64,000 nucleotides of DNA from Promethearchaeia archaeon (lineage in GTDB: Archaea > Asgardarchaeota > Lokiarchaeia > Sigyniarchaeales > SOKP01). Shown one piece after another: positions 1 through 10,868 of this stretch. Within the stretch, counting starts at the first letter, position 1, and each line of letters opens with the position of its first letter. The position numbers and the translations under genes are program-made. Location of the stretch: contig JAWOCD010000017.1 of the NCBI GenBank assembly GCA_046483985.1, forward strand, positions 46,024 to 110,023, in the 5' to 3' direction. A model generated the notes under the pieces. That model made no database searches, was not told the origin of the DNA, and worked only from the letters and a program-made list of their open reading frames with translations.

Positions 1-343
1 TATTACCCTTAAATTTACAGAGGAAGGACCAGTAGATTATCTACAAACTCGAGGAGAGATTCTAAAAAAAGTACGGAATGGGCATATACCAAAGGGAATC
101 CTGAAGAAATGGCCTCTTTATCTCGCTGTCTCGCCGAATTATGGGAAAAAGATTTGTTAAAAATTCTCATGTCTGTTGTAATATTAACTGTTTTTAAATA
201 ATAACCTCGATGGTAATAAGGGTGAAATGCTCGCAAATCTATTAAGGTTTCTCGTGGATCTGAGTGATTCCTATGGAGATTTAATTTCCTCTTGTTGGGA
301 AAAATTAGTTAAATTATAATATTATTAAAATTGATAATAAAAT

Positions 344-2161
344 ATGAAAAAATCTTTCTCTTCTTCCCATGCCCTATTGATGATTATTTTGGGAGCTTTA
401 TTGATGATATTTTTAAGTGCAAATCACATCACTCAAATTTCATATGCCCGTACCGATCCTTCGCTCTATAGAAATCAACCCAGCGTGAACCATATTGATC
501 AAGGCTATATTAACGATTCAGACAATGAATTGATTTGGTTTCTCCACGTAACTGACACCCAAGACATTTGGTATGACGATGGGAAGATTGGACAGTGGCG
601 CCAAATGCTAAATCAATCCTATCGCGAGATTAATCCTTTTTTAATTTATAACACCGGAGATTTAGTCAATAGCGATTATGAAAATTTTATCACCGGAAAT
701 GAACGTGATCAGCGAATTGAGGAATGGGAGCGCTATAACCAGTCACTCTATGATAGTGGAATGAATTCTTCTATATATATGGACGTGATAGGTAACCATG
801 ACGTGTACGGTGATCTTGGCAATTCATATTTTTTAAACTATTCGATGATGGGAAAAGAGTTAAATACTCTGCAATATGGGTTCAACCGGAGTTTTTCTTT
901 CGGTGACTACGCGTTTATTGGGCTTCACACAGCCGAGGATTACGGTATTCGTTATCCATTTGCACTATTCGGCTATTTAAATACGCAAGAATTGGATTGG
1001 TATGAACAAGAATTAACTCGTTTCCAAGATTGTGACCGAATTTTTCTTATGGGGCACCATCCTCCGTTTGAAATTTATTCAACGAGAAGTTCTTCAGGAA
1101 AATCTTTTTTCCAATTGAATGAGGAGTTCGATGTTGATTATTATTTCATGGGACACGGTCATATAAATAGTTTTCAAAATGTAAATGGAATGCTTGCCAT
1201 TGAAACAGAGAAATTTAGCAATGAAGGAGGCTCATATCGTATTGTTACTTTGGATAAGAACCAACTATCCACATCAATTGAGCGGGTGGGACAATGGCCT
1301 CAAGGAATCATTACCAATCCCCCCCGAAGGGACTATTTAGAGGAGGAAACTTGGACCGATGGGGAACACATTCGGGTCCTTGCATGGGATCCAGAGGGCG
1401 TCAATTTTGTTGAATGGTCAGCATTTACTCCGGATGGAAGCAAACAGATTATTGATTGGGAAAACTTAGATAACATATCAAGTACTGGACCTTTATGGGA
1501 GGGAGATTTCTCAAAATTAGAAGAAAAAATGGCAAAAAACTCAGATTTGGAATCATCCTTGATTAAAGTGAGGATATCTGGTAAGTCTGGGGAAAACATT
1601 AAGGAAATCCTTTATTCCCCAACTCAACGAACCCCTTTTGGGTGGTATGAAGCAATCCCGCTCATTTATATCTCGTGCTTTTCCCTTATTGGGATTGCTA
1701 TTATAGTCACGTATTATCTTCGCACTCGGGTACCGCGGTTTAAAAAAGATCCGGAACAGAACGTGGATAAACAACTGAGAAACCTTTTCTTGTTAAAATG
1801 TTTCATCTTTACCATAATTCCGTGGACACTTGGCGGGATGTTTGTTGATCAAGTCACGGTAGTTTTTGCATTATTTTATGTCAACGGATTAGGTATCCAT
1901 TTTAACGGCACTTTGTTAATTTACACCGGTGTTATTTTTTTCTTAGCGATTATATGGCAAGGTTTTACTCTCTCTTACAAGAAGAGATATTTAATGGTCG
2001 GTTTGACGGTCTGGAATCTCTTATTTACTGGGTTCTATGTTGTTTTTTATATTTTGCATTTTCCTATGCTCTCTTGGCTCTCTCCAGGGTTGTACGGGAT
2101 GCTAATAATAGATAGCTTAATTCTAAGACGTAGTTTAAATATGATTAAAAAAAAGCCATGA
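344..2161 (+). CDS. TMEM62-like membrane metallophosphoesterase (N-terminal anchor, calcineurin-like domain, beta-rich linker, C-terminal TM bundle)
   Basis: MPP motifs HVTDTQ, TGDLV, GNHD, GHH, GHGH; YRIVTLD...WPQGIITNP...HIRVLAW resembles the eukaryotic TMEM62 linker; about 5-6 C-terminal hydrophobic helices. Confidence 0.75.
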   Translation: MKKSFSSSHALLMIILGALLMIFLSANHITQISYARTDPSLYRNQPSVNHIDQGYINDSDNELIWFLHVTDTQDIWYDDGKIGQWRQMLNQSYREINPFLIYNTGDLVNSDYENFITGNERDQRIEEWERYNQSLYDSGMNSSIYMDVIGNHDVYGDLGNSYFLNYSMMGKELNTLQYGFNRSFSFGDYAFIGLHTAEDYGIRYPFALFGYLNTQELDWYEQELTRFQDCDRIFLMGHHPPFEIYSTRSSSGKSFFQLNEEFDVDYYFMGHGHINSFQNVNGMLAIETEKFSNEGGSYRIVTLDKNQLSTSIERVGQWPQGIITNPPRRDYLEEETWTDGEHIRVLAWDPEGVNFVEWSAFTPDGSKQIIDWENLDNISSTGPLWEGDFSKLEEKMAKNSDLESSLIKVRISGKSGENIKEILYSPTQRTPFGWYEAIPLIYISCFSLIGIAIIVTYYLRTRVPRFKKDPEQNVDKQLRNLFLLKCFIFTIIPWTLGGMFVDQVTVVFALFYVNGLGIHFNGTLLIYTGVIFFLAIIWQGFTLSYKKRYLMVGLTVWNLLFTGFYVVFYILHFPMLSWLSPGLYGMLIIDSLILRRSLNMIKKKP

Positions 2162-2238
2162 TTTTCCTTATCTAAGAGAGATTTGAGAATTGAAATTAGT
2201 TTGAAAACATTTTTACTTTTTTCTTCTTTTCTTATCAT

Positions 2239-2577
2239 ATGCCCAAAGAGTCTCAAGAAGAGAAAAAGAAGACAATCGATGATTACTTGGAATCTGTTGA
2301 ATCATCGCGATACTATCATGATCTTTATTTAAAAGCTGTCAATCATCCCATTCGGCGCGCGATATTGAAATATATTCATGAAAAAGGAAAAGTTTCTAAA
2401 AATAAACTTGGAGAGTTTCTAAAAGATCAGAATCTTCTCGATAAGGAATCCGATCTTACTTATCATCTTGATTTCTTGCAGAAGTCATTATGCATTAAAA
2501 AGGTAACACAGAAAGAAAGTTCGGCTGAAAAATATCAGTTAAGACAAGCTGGAAAGGTAATTGAATTTCTAAAATAA
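2239..2577 (+). CDS. ArsR-like winged-HTH protein
   Basis: KAVNHPIRRAIL...LTYHLDFL pattern. Confidence 0.7.
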   Translation: MPKESQEEKKKTIDDYLESVESSRYYHDLYLKAVNHPIRRAILKYIHEKGKVSKNKLGEFLKDQNLLDKESDLTYHLDFLQKSLCIKKVTQKESSAEKYQLRQAGKVIEFLK

Positions 2578-2596
2578 GTAAGATATATTTCAATTC

Positions 2597-4996
2597 TCAT
2601 ATTTCATCTACTCGAGCTTTTGGCGGATTTTCTTCTCCTTCTGGCTCTGGGAGTTCTTCTTTCTTAAATTCATCTGGCTTAATCGTTCCTATTTGTTCTA
2701 ATTCTTCTGTGAATTCATCAATCACCTTAGCAAATTTCTCTCCTTCGCCAGCTGATACACTCACAATTCTTACCCGTTTTGGATTAATATTGCTCTCCCC
2801 TAACATATCTCGGATGCTCGCATATCGGGTACTTGCTTTATTAAACCCCTCATCATAATGACAATCTTGCGGATGACATCCTGCGATTAATACCCCATCA
2901 GCCCCATGAAAAAATGCTTGAAATACTTCAGCAGGGTCTATCATTGCTGTACACATTACCCGAATCGGTCTGACATTGGTTGGATAATTTAATTTACTGG
3001 TACCCGCCAAATCAGCCCCTAAATAGGAACACCAGTTACAGAGAAATGCAACTATTAAAGGGGCTTCCTTCTTTTCTTTCAAGACTGTCTGTATTTGTGC
3101 TTCCAATTGCTCTTTTGTAAATCCTGGAATAAATAATGCATCATTGGGGCACATCGCAGCACATGCACCGCATCCCGAACAATTTGCTGGGGTTAATTCC
3201 AGTTCTTTATCTTCAAATGTAATGGCATTATAAATACAGATATTTTCACATAATCGGCACATATCACACTTGTCAGGGTTATGATAAACGATATGAGGAT
3301 CTAACTCCACCTCTTTTTTGGATAAGATTGCCATTGTTTTGGCTGCAGCGCTCTCTGCTTGAGCAATACTCGATGGGATATCTTTAGGTCCTTGAATTAC
3401 TCCCGCAAGGTAAATTCCATTTACAGAGGTTTCAGAGGGTTTTACTTTCAAATGGCGCTCCATAAGGAATCCGAAAGGATCTTGGGAAATATTTAAGATT
3501 TTTGCTAATTTCCTCGTTCCTTCGGCGGGTTCAATTCCAACTGCTAACACTACCATATCGGTATCATGTTCAAAAATAGTACCTTCAATTACATCCTCGC
3601 CTCGGATAATTAGTTTATCCGATGTATCTCTTTTTAAAACTGCAGAGATATTGCTTTTAATAAAGCGTGCATTAAAATCTTCACGGGCTCGATTATAAAA
3701 TTGTTCACATTTTTTCCCAACAGCCCGAATGTCAATATAATAGAGATTAATATTAGTATCAGGGTGATCCTTTTTGATTAGGGCGGCTTGTTTAATGGAA
3801 GCATTACAGCATACTTGGCTGCAATATTCATGGTCAATTTTCTTATTTCGGGATCCTACACAGAAGATAAACGAAACATCTTTCGGGATCTTGCCGTCCG
3901 ATGGTCTCACTACTTCCCCGCCAGTTGGGCCATCATTATTTAAAAGGCGCTCCATCTGCATTGTGGTAATGACATTTTCATATTTATTGTAATTCAATTC
4001 TCCCAGAATTGACGGATCGAATGTTTTAAATCCCGTTGCAACAATAATCGTTCCAACTTTGAATTTGATAATTTCGGGCTTTTGGTCAAAGATGATTGCA
4101 TCCCTGTCACACGCATCTTCACACGCTCTACATCCCACACACTCCTCTTGAATGATGTTAGGATATAAGGGAATTGCTTGAGGATAAGGAACGTCGATTG
4201 CTTTACGGGGATTAAACGTATCTGCAATATCAATCGGACATACTTCCCGACAGATATCTACGCATCCTACACATTCGTCCTCATCGATATATCTCGGCTT
4301 CTTCTTGATGGTAATCTTAAAATCTCCGATATATCCATCCACATCTAATACTTCCGAATAGGTATATAACTCAATATTGGGGTGCTCATTTACTTCGGAC
4401 ATTAGCGGCCCGAGAATACAAATAGAACAGTCCAAGGTTGGAAAGGTTTTGTCAAATAATGCCATATGTCCGCCGATCGTGAGATCTCGCTCGACCAAAT
4501 AAACTTTAAAACCAGCATCGGCTATGACGAGAGCGGCCTTAATTCCGGCAATTCCGCCGCCAATAATGAGGGTTGAGGGTGTTACAGAAGATTTCTGAAG
4601 CTCCAACGGCTCTAAAAGTTTTACCTGCTCGATTGCCATCTCGATCTGATCGATTGCTTTTTGCGTTGCTTTTTTCGGTCGTTTTGCATGAACCCATGAG
4701 TTTTGTTCCCGTATATTTGCAAAAGAAATGAGAAATCGGTTGATACCCGCCTTTTCAACAGTTTTTCGGAATAATTCCCCATGAAGCTTAAAGGAACACG
4801 ATGCAATTACCACGCGGTCAATATCATGTTCTTCAATATCTTCGGAAATTGTGGCTAAACCCAACTCAGAACACAAGTATATCTCTCTAGCTACATAAAT
4901 GTCTGATCGTTTTTTAAAATATGAAACTAATTTCTCATTATCGATAACACCGCTAATGTTTTTCCCACAATCACAGATAAATAATCCTATTTTCAT
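2597..4996 (-). CDS. hdrA: Heterodisulfide reductase subunit A fused to a C-terminal MvhD domain
   Basis: KIGLFICDCG, NIREQ, GGGIAG, DKTFPTLDC, CVGSR/CSQVCC, ferredoxin motifs, then MvhD motifs AFLCNWCSY, RVMC, GCHPQDCHY. Confidence 0.95.
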   Translation of the reverse strand: MKIGLFICDCGKNISGVIDNEKLVSYFKKRSDIYVAREIYLCSELGLATISEDIEEHDIDRVVIASCSFKLHGELFRKTVEKAGINRFLISFANIREQNSWVHAKRPKKATQKAIDQIEMAIEQVKLLEPLELQKSSVTPSTLIIGGGIAGIKAALVIADAGFKVYLVERDLTIGGHMALFDKTFPTLDCSICILGPLMSEVNEHPNIELYTYSEVLDVDGYIGDFKITIKKKPRYIDEDECVGCVDICREVCPIDIADTFNPRKAIDVPYPQAIPLYPNIIQEECVGCRACEDACDRDAIIFDQKPEIIKFKVGTIIVATGFKTFDPSILGELNYNKYENVITTMQMERLLNNDGPTGGEVVRPSDGKIPKDVSFIFCVGSRNKKIDHEYCSQVCCNASIKQAALIKKDHPDTNINLYYIDIRAVGKKCEQFYNRAREDFNARFIKSNISAVLKRDTSDKLIIRGEDVIEGTIFEHDTDMVVLAVGIEPAEGTRKLAKILNISQDPFGFLMERHLKVKPSETSVNGIYLAGVIQGPKDIPSSIAQAESAAAKTMAILSKKEVELDPHIVYHNPDKCDMCRLCENICIYNAITFEDKELELTPANCSGCGACAAMCPNDALFIPGFTKEQLEAQIQTVLKEKKEAPLIVAFLCNWCSYLGADLAGTSKLNYPTNVRPIRVMCTAMIDPAEVFQAFFHGADGVLIAGCHPQDCHYDEGFNKASTRYASIRDMLGESNINPKRVRIVSVSAGEGEKFAKVIDEFTEELEQIGTIKPDEFKKEELPEPEGEENPPKARVDEI

Positions 4997-5188
4997 ACTA
5001 AACAGAGTTGATGTGAATTAGTTTTAAGTCCATTATTTTAACAAAATGAATATTAGTTCTAAAAAATGATTCTTGCTAAATATAATTAAACCATTAAAAA
5101 ATGATTTTAGATTATAACAAAGAATTTAATCTACAAACTTCAAATTTTGAACATCTCCCCGGCGAATTTTCTTTGATCGGAATTAGTA

Positions 5189-5794
5189 TTACACGTGGTG
5201 AATTTCCTTGGAAAGAAACGGATATACCTTAAAAATATCAAATTCTGCCTCTTTTAGTTCTAAAAAATATCTCTCTTCTATTTGCTCCTCTCGTTGAATC
5301 CAATTCAATATTTCTTGATATGAGCGAAACTTTCCCTTATTTTTGCGCGATAATTTTAAGCCGGGACATTTGCGGGCGTATGTGAGAAAATTCTTCCGCT
5401 TAGTCATTAACATTTTCCACCCAATAGGAAAGGAACGGCATTGAAAGGGGCGAGCATCATAGACGCTGCATTCATCTCCCTTGAGAAATTGACATACCTC
5501 GTCCTCTCCCGTGAGTTTAAATGCTAACACCGTTATGTAATGGGTTTTTCCTCGTGATTTATTGGGCGGTCTCCAATAATACGATTTGGTGACTGTTGCG
5601 ACATACTTTCGAGCAAATTCCTTTAAACCTTTTGAACCTGTAAAGCCCAAATGCGCAGCTAGTTTCTGCACATCTTCACGATATAAATAGATTTCTCCTT
5701 CGTTTAAGCCCCGACAACATTTACCGCACATCTGGCAGGTGAATCTTATACCCTTCTGATATTTCTTTGAAATTCTTCGGTTTTTGGTTGGCAT
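5189..5794 (-). CDS. YkgJ-family (CxxCxxCC) cysteine-cluster protein
   Basis: FTCQMCGKCC...CQFL...CSVYDARPFQCRSFP. Confidence 0.85.
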   Translation of the reverse strand: MPTKNRRISKKYQKGIRFTCQMCGKCCRGLNEGEIYLYREDVQKLAAHLGFTGSKGLKEFARKYVATVTKSYYWRPPNKSRGKTHYITVLAFKLTGEDEVCQFLKGDECSVYDARPFQCRSFPIGWKMLMTKRKNFLTYARKCPGLKLSRKNKGKFRSYQEILNWIQREEQIEERYFLELKEAEFDIFKVYPFLSKEIHHV

Positions 5795-5894
5795 GATAAA
5801 TTACAATGAGTTAGATTAATCTGAACATGTTTTAAAATAAAATGACGAGGCTTCTGAATTTCTGGGGGGATAATTCCCTATGCTCATTCCCATT

Positions 5895-6164
5895 TTATTG
5901 CTCCTCAAACTTTTCTCTGAGAGGTTTGATGACGAGTAAAAATCCGAGCCAGATAAAAAAGATGAGAATTAACATTATAATAAGCCAGACGCTCATAAGC
6001 AGCCAAAATTGAGAATCAAGGATATTTACTCCAAAGACTTTAAAATGAACAATTTCTGGAGTAAAATAATTACCAAATAACATAATAGTACAAAAAATTG
6101 CAAAAATTAAAGCACCTATAAAAAATCTTAAACCATAATATGGTTCTTTTGGCTTTTCCGTCAT
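5895..6164 (-). CDS. Small 2-TM membrane protein
   Basis: ATG-start ORF with two hydrophobic stretches; no family recognised. Confidence 0.55.
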   Translation of the reverse strand: MTEKPKEPYYGLRFFIGALIFAIFCTIMLFGNYFTPEIVHFKVFGVNILDSQFWLLMSVWLIIMLILIFFIWLGFLLVIKPLREKFEEQ

Positions 6165-6464
6165 TTTTTTATCAGTACTGATGGATAAGATAAATTATTT
6201 TAAATTATAATATAATTTATTTTAGATTTAAAAAAATCTTTGCTAACGGGAAACACGGGTTTAAATATTAACATCTAAACAATTAGCATTACTCTAACCC
6301 ATTTTAATTAATTAATTAATTCAAGATAATATGAAAGATTATGGACTTATCATCCACTATTAGAAGATTTTAAGAGAACTATTCGTGGCTTTTATTTAAC
6401 AACATTTATCCGCTAGGATTTCTTTTTTGAATTATAGAAATTAAATATTGTTGCTGCGTGTTAC

Positions 6465-7268
6465 ATGAAGGATGAAATAGTTATATTGGGATCGGGGGGC
6501 GGACGACACCACATCAGGACACAATATCGTGCCACAGGGGGATTTCTCTATAAATTTAATGGGATTCAAGCACATATTGATCCTGGTCCTGGTGCAATTG
6601 TTCGTATCAATCAATTTAAGGAAGACCCCACAGAAACCAAATTGTTTATCGTTACCCATGTACATTTGGACCATTTTAACGATATTGGTGCCATTATTGA
6701 GTCCTCTCGGGAACAACTACATGACAAGAACCACCATTATTATAAGATCGGAACTCTCATCACGGCTCCTGATGTACTGCCTTTAATCTCAGAGTATCAT
6801 AAAAACATGATAGATAACATCGTACCTTTCAAACCAAGACAAAAATATCTTCATAATGGAATACAAATAGTGGGGACTAAAATAAAACATGCCGATGTGC
6901 AAGGATTCGGCGTCATATTCAATTTAGCCGAGTATTCTCTTGGTTATACCAGTGATAGTACTGTATTTAGAGGATTTGCAGAGCAGTTTAACGGCGTTGA
7001 TATTCTTATCTTGAATTTGTTACGGCCAGACTCCGTTACTTGCCCCCGACATCTCTGTACTGACCAAGTCATTCCGTATTTAAATCGAATCCACCCCTCC
7101 CTCAAGGGATTAATCATAACTCATTTTGGCACCTATATGGATGGACCATTCAGTAAAAAAAATAATGTGCCCACTCAAGTTAGAAAATTAAAAGAAAAAA
7201 CGGAGATACCTCATATTATTGCAGCTTATGACGGACTAAAAATTTCCCTTCAAGACCTCCTCGACTAG
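6465..7268 (+). CDS. MBL-fold metallo-hydrolase
   Basis: LGSGGGR, IDPGPG, THVHLDH, GYTSD, THFG. Confidence 0.88.
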   Translation: MKDEIVILGSGGGRHHIRTQYRATGGFLYKFNGIQAHIDPGPGAIVRINQFKEDPTETKLFIVTHVHLDHFNDIGAIIESSREQLHDKNHHYYKIGTLITAPDVLPLISEYHKNMIDNIVPFKPRQKYLHNGIQIVGTKIKHADVQGFGVIFNLAEYSLGYTSDSTVFRGFAEQFNGVDILILNLLRPDSVTCPRHLCTDQVIPYLNRIHPSLKGLIITHFGTYMDGPFSKKNNVPTQVRKLKEKTEIPHIIAAYDGLKISLQDLLD

Positions 7269-7431
7269 TTAATTTTCTCACAATTTGATAATCAAATCAT
7301 AATTTACTGAGGAATTTATCAATCCATTTTAGAACAGAAAGAAATGGTGTGATCAGTAATTAAAAACTGTCACAGAAAAAGAATAGAGAATAAAAAAATA
7401 AAAAAATATTGGAATTAAAATATTCGCATAT

Positions 7432-8520
7432 TTAGGCGAGATCTATATCATCAGAGAGATAAACATCTTGGACGGCGTGAATTATTTTTATACCTTCTTC
7501 CATTGGTCGTTGGAATGCCTTTCGACCCATAATAAGGCCCCAACCACCAGCTCGCTTATTGATAATCGCAGATTTAACGGCTGCTTGCATATCATTCTCT
7601 CCAGACGGCCCACCAGAATTAATCAAACCGACTCGTCCCATGTAGCAGTTGGCTACTTGGAAGCGGTTCCATTCCAGCAATTTCGCACCTTCAGATAACC
7701 CTTCCGTCGGTGCCAATTCGTTGTAAATCAGTGGGCTGGTTCTACCGAAATCTAATTTCTGAAATCCTCGAGATTTCTTAGAAATCTTTTGCTTGATGAT
7801 ATCTGCTTCAATGGTTGCTCCAATATGGTCTGCTTGGGCACACATATCATTTGAATCGTGATAATCCACTCCATCCTCCACGAATTCAGCGGGATTTCTT
7901 AGATAAGCCCATAATACCGTAACTAAACCCAATTCATGTGCATATTCAAACGCTTCACTTATTTCCAAAATCTGACGGCGGGATTCAGGCGAGCCAAAAT
8001 AGATGGTAGCTCCAACTGCGGCGGCCCCCATTTCGTATGCTTGATCAACGCTGGCAAATAAGGTCTGGTCGTAAAAATTAGGTTTCGAGAGCAGCTCATT
8101 ATGATTGATTTTCAAAATAAATGGAATTTTCCGGGAATATCTACGAGAGAGAGTTCCTAATACCCCAAGCGTTGACGCGACTCCGCTACAGCCACCCTTG
8201 ATAGCTAATTCAATAATCTTCTCAGGGTCAAAATAAATCGGATTGGGCGCAAAGTCTGCTCCGGCTGCATGCTCTATTCCGTGATCTACTGGTAAAATTG
8301 AGAGATATCCTGTATTTGCCAATCGACCCGATTGGAATAAGCGTTCCATATTATTTAGAACTCTATTATTCCTGTCAGATTGCTCTACTACCCGTTCTAT
8401 AAAATCTGGTCCTGGAGGATATAAGTTATCTTTTGAAATTCCTTGACAAGTGTGATTTAGAAAGTCATCTGCTTCGTCTCCGAGGATCTCACGAATTTCA
8501 TTGATTGATAATTGACTCAT
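7432..8520 (-). CDS. fbaB: Class I fructose-bisphosphate aldolase, bacterial DhnA/FbaB type
   Basis: [37 protein letters not shown] (Schiff-base Lys), [15 protein letters not shown]. Confidence 0.93.
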   Translation of the reverse strand: MSQLSINEIREILGDEADDFLNHTCQGISKDNLYPPGPDFIERVVEQSDRNNRVLNNMERLFQSGRLANTGYLSILPVDHGIEHAAGADFAPNPIYFDPEKIIELAIKGGCSGVASTLGVLGTLSRRYSRKIPFILKINHNELLSKPNFYDQTLFASVDQAYEMGAAAVGATIYFGSPESRRQILEISEAFEYAHELGLVTVLWAYLRNPAEFVEDGVDYHDSNDMCAQADHIGATIEADIIKQKISKKSRGFQKLDFGRTSPLIYNELAPTEGLSEGAKLLEWNRFQVANCYMGRVGLINSGGPSGENDMQAAVKSAIINKRAGGWGLIMGRKAFQRPMEEGIKIIHAVQDVYLSDDIDLA

Positions 8521-8672
8521 TTTATTTCTTCCTCTTTTGTTGGTTTTACAATTATATGTAATAATTATCTATTGCTATAATAAAATTATTACATAAGAAA
8601 GAATGTTTGAAATCATTAAAAATTTAATGCTTAAAAATCTTAAATGTAATGTCGAATAAACTAAGAATATTT

Positions 8673-9086
8673 TCAAGGCGTTTTCCTTTTTATTTCGGTG
8701 ATCGTATCAAAATCCGCATCAAGGGAATAAATTATATGAACTTGATTTTCCAAGGCACATGCAACATGGATTAAATCACGCGGTCTCAAATTATATTTCG
8801 ATAGAAGTTTTTGCGCGCGATTTATAGTCGAATGTGAAATTTTTTTAAAGGAGAGATTCGGAAAAACCAAAAATTCTTTTCCCTTTTGTTCCGCGGCGGC
8901 TTTTCCCAATGTCTTCTTAAGTATCCATATAACTTCGTCCCATGTGAGAGTCGATGTAATTGCTTTAATCTTCTTTTGTATAATATCTTCTAAAAATATT
9001 GCGCATTTTTTTGCCGCTTCGATCTCCTCAAGAGAGTATAAGAGGGGATTCAAGAAAATATTGGAATCAATGTAGACGGTATCCAT
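8673..9086 (-). CDS. vapC: PIN-domain VapC toxin
   Basis: YIDSNIF, TWDEV, RDLIHVACA, SLDADFD acidic PIN motifs; 3 bp downstream of the antitoxin. Confidence 0.9.
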   Translation of the reverse strand: MDTVYIDSNIFLNPLLYSLEEIEAAKKCAIFLEDIIQKKIKAITSTLTWDEVIWILKKTLGKAAAEQKGKEFLVFPNLSFKKISHSTINRAQKLLSKYNLRPRDLIHVACALENQVHIIYSLDADFDTITEIKRKTP

Positions 9087-9089
9087 GAG

Positions 9090-9329
9090 TTATCCTCGTT
9101 TATATTGTTTATCAAGGATTTGTTTGAAACTAACGGGCTTCTTTAGTTTTTTTGGGGTCTTAAGAAATTCATCTAAAAATTCCTTATCTTTTTTCGCAGG
9201 TCGAAGGATAATCTCATCTTGACGGACCTCAAAAATAATTTCACTTCCCGCATTAATCTTAAAATAATCCCTAATGTCCTTCGGAATCACGATTTGACCC
9301 CTTGATCCGACTTTTCGTTTAATTATCAT
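9090..9329 (-). CDS. AbrB/MazE-family antitoxin
   Basis: KVGSRGQIVIPKDIRD motif; in an operon with the PIN gene. Confidence 0.9.
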   Translation of the reverse strand: MIIKRKVGSRGQIVIPKDIRDYFKINAGSEIIFEVRQDEIILRPAKKDKEFLDEFLKTPKKLKKPVSFKQILDKQYKRG

Positions 9330-9619
9330 GTTTAAATAGAATAAGAATTCCTATTTATATTTATTCCAAATAAAAGATCTGAATTTTTCATAATCAGTAT
9401 TTCGCGTCACTGGGATCTTCTATCTTTAAGTCATATAAGACTCACATTTAACAAGAAATTTGCAATTTCAATAAGATATAAAGATAAATTTTTTATGTGA
9501 TCATACAACGAACAGCCCACTTTATCTTATCGTTTTTTATAGTCTTAGGTTTTATTAATAATTAAGTAAACATGAAGGGATTTAGAAAAAGTACCGCAAA
9601 ACATTGGATTTCGCCCTCT

Positions 9620-9642
9620 GCTTCACGCCTTTGGTGTGGAGC
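9620..9642. repeat. GC-rich hairpin resembling an IS200/IS605 subterminal palindrome
   Basis: GCTTCACGCC-TTT-GGTGTGGAGC, 10-bp stem with two G-T pairs in AT-rich intergenic DNA. Confidence 0.45.
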
Positions 9643-9849
9643 TTACTCTCCCTTTTTATATATTTAAGCGGGTTTTTCTTTATCCCTTTGTACTCTTTCT
9701 CTTTCTAAATGACCCTTGAATTTATAATGACACAGTAAATCTTTGCTCTCAAGATAAAGGTTTCTATTTCCTAAATCCTAGGAATAAAGCTGGTTCTCCA
9801 AATATAAAATGAAATAAATACAGAAAAAAATAAAAAAAAATCTAAGGAT

Positions 9850-10692
9850 CTATTTTTTCCACCAGAATTTACATGTGGGGCAGTAGTGGTGTGTTCCGTC
9901 ATAGAGAATGCCACCAGAAGCGCATTTAGGGCATTTTTTTTCCACTTTCTGTATCTTCGATTCTAACTTGCTTTTTAATCCAACTAATTTTTCTTTCCTT
10001 GCCTCAAGCTCTTTTTTTTCGCTTCTGTCAAAGAATCCGAGCGAATCGATTTCTTCCTCGAGTGATTCAATTTCCTTTTCGATATTTTCAACTTTTTCAA
10101 TGGCACTTTCTTTTTTAGGCTTGCTCGCTTTGATGGGCTTTTCCTCTTCTTTTGCTTTCGGAGGTTCCTCCTTTTGTTCAGGTTTTTTCTTTTGGGGTTC
10201 TGGTTCGGTAACCTCTTTTGTTTTACCTTCCTTTGTGACTTTCTTTTCTAATTTCTTCTCCTCCTTCTCTTCTTCGGGAGGAGCGGCTTCGGGTGCCTCT
10301 GCTTTCTTTTCTACCTTGAGTTTCTTTTCACGCTGGTGTGTTTCCTTTTCCCTCTCCTTTGAGACTTTATATGCATCTTTACCCATCTCAGTGAGCCCGA
10401 ATGAAGTATATTGGGTAAGCGTTTCTAACCGTTCTTCCGATATATCGTTTTTGCTGAGATTTTCTTCAAATTCTTTAATTTCCTTCTTTGATGACTTATA
10501 GGGACTGAATTTATCAACCAAACCCATATCTATGAGCATATTAATTAATTTCCGTGGGTATACGCCTCTATCGACCTCCTCCACATAGAACCGCTTACTT
10601 TCATGGAAGTCGTCGATTATCTTTCGTCCGCTTTCTAGAAAACCCAATACATCAAATTGGTTTTCATCATCATTTTCGTCTAAATAGGGCAT
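9850..10692 (-). CDS. Hypothetical protein: possible N-terminal wHTH, K/E/P-rich linker, coiled coil, C-terminal Zn ribbon
   Basis: FGLTEMGK wing-like motif; CPKC...CPTC at the C-terminus. Confidence 0.65.
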   Translation of the reverse strand: MPYLDENDDENQFDVLGFLESGRKIIDDFHESKRFYVEEVDRGVYPRKLINMLIDMGLVDKFSPYKSSKKEIKEFEENLSKNDISEERLETLTQYTSFGLTEMGKDAYKVSKEREKETHQREKKLKVEKKAEAPEAAPPEEEKEEKKLEKKVTKEGKTKEVTEPEPQKKKPEQKEEPPKAKEEEKPIKASKPKKESAIEKVENIEKEIESLEEEIDSLGFFDRSEKKELEARKEKLVGLKSKLESKIQKVEKKCPKCASGGILYDGTHHYCPTCKFWWKK

Positions 10693-10868
10693 ACTATATT
10701 ATTTAAATAGCTTTTTAAATTAAAAAGTTTTCTTTCGCAGATCGTTAAAAGACGAGAAAACAAGGAAAATAAAGAGAGAAAGCCAACATTCCCGACGAAA
10801 AGACTAAATCCTACTAATTTAGGGAAAAATATCATTAGATGGTCATTCCCTTATTAATTTCAGAAATT

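Noticed and set aside
1-236. Minus-strand 73-aa ORF, and a possible plus-strand gene tail with a frameshift at an A7 run
   Set aside because: Truncated at the window edge with no recognisable motif; cannot choose a frame
9908-10501. 197-aa S/F-rich plus-strand ORF, and similar antisense ORFs (e.g. 43880-44404, 44793-45161, 42608-43021, 51991-52350)
   Set aside because: Shadows of well-supported opposite-strand genes
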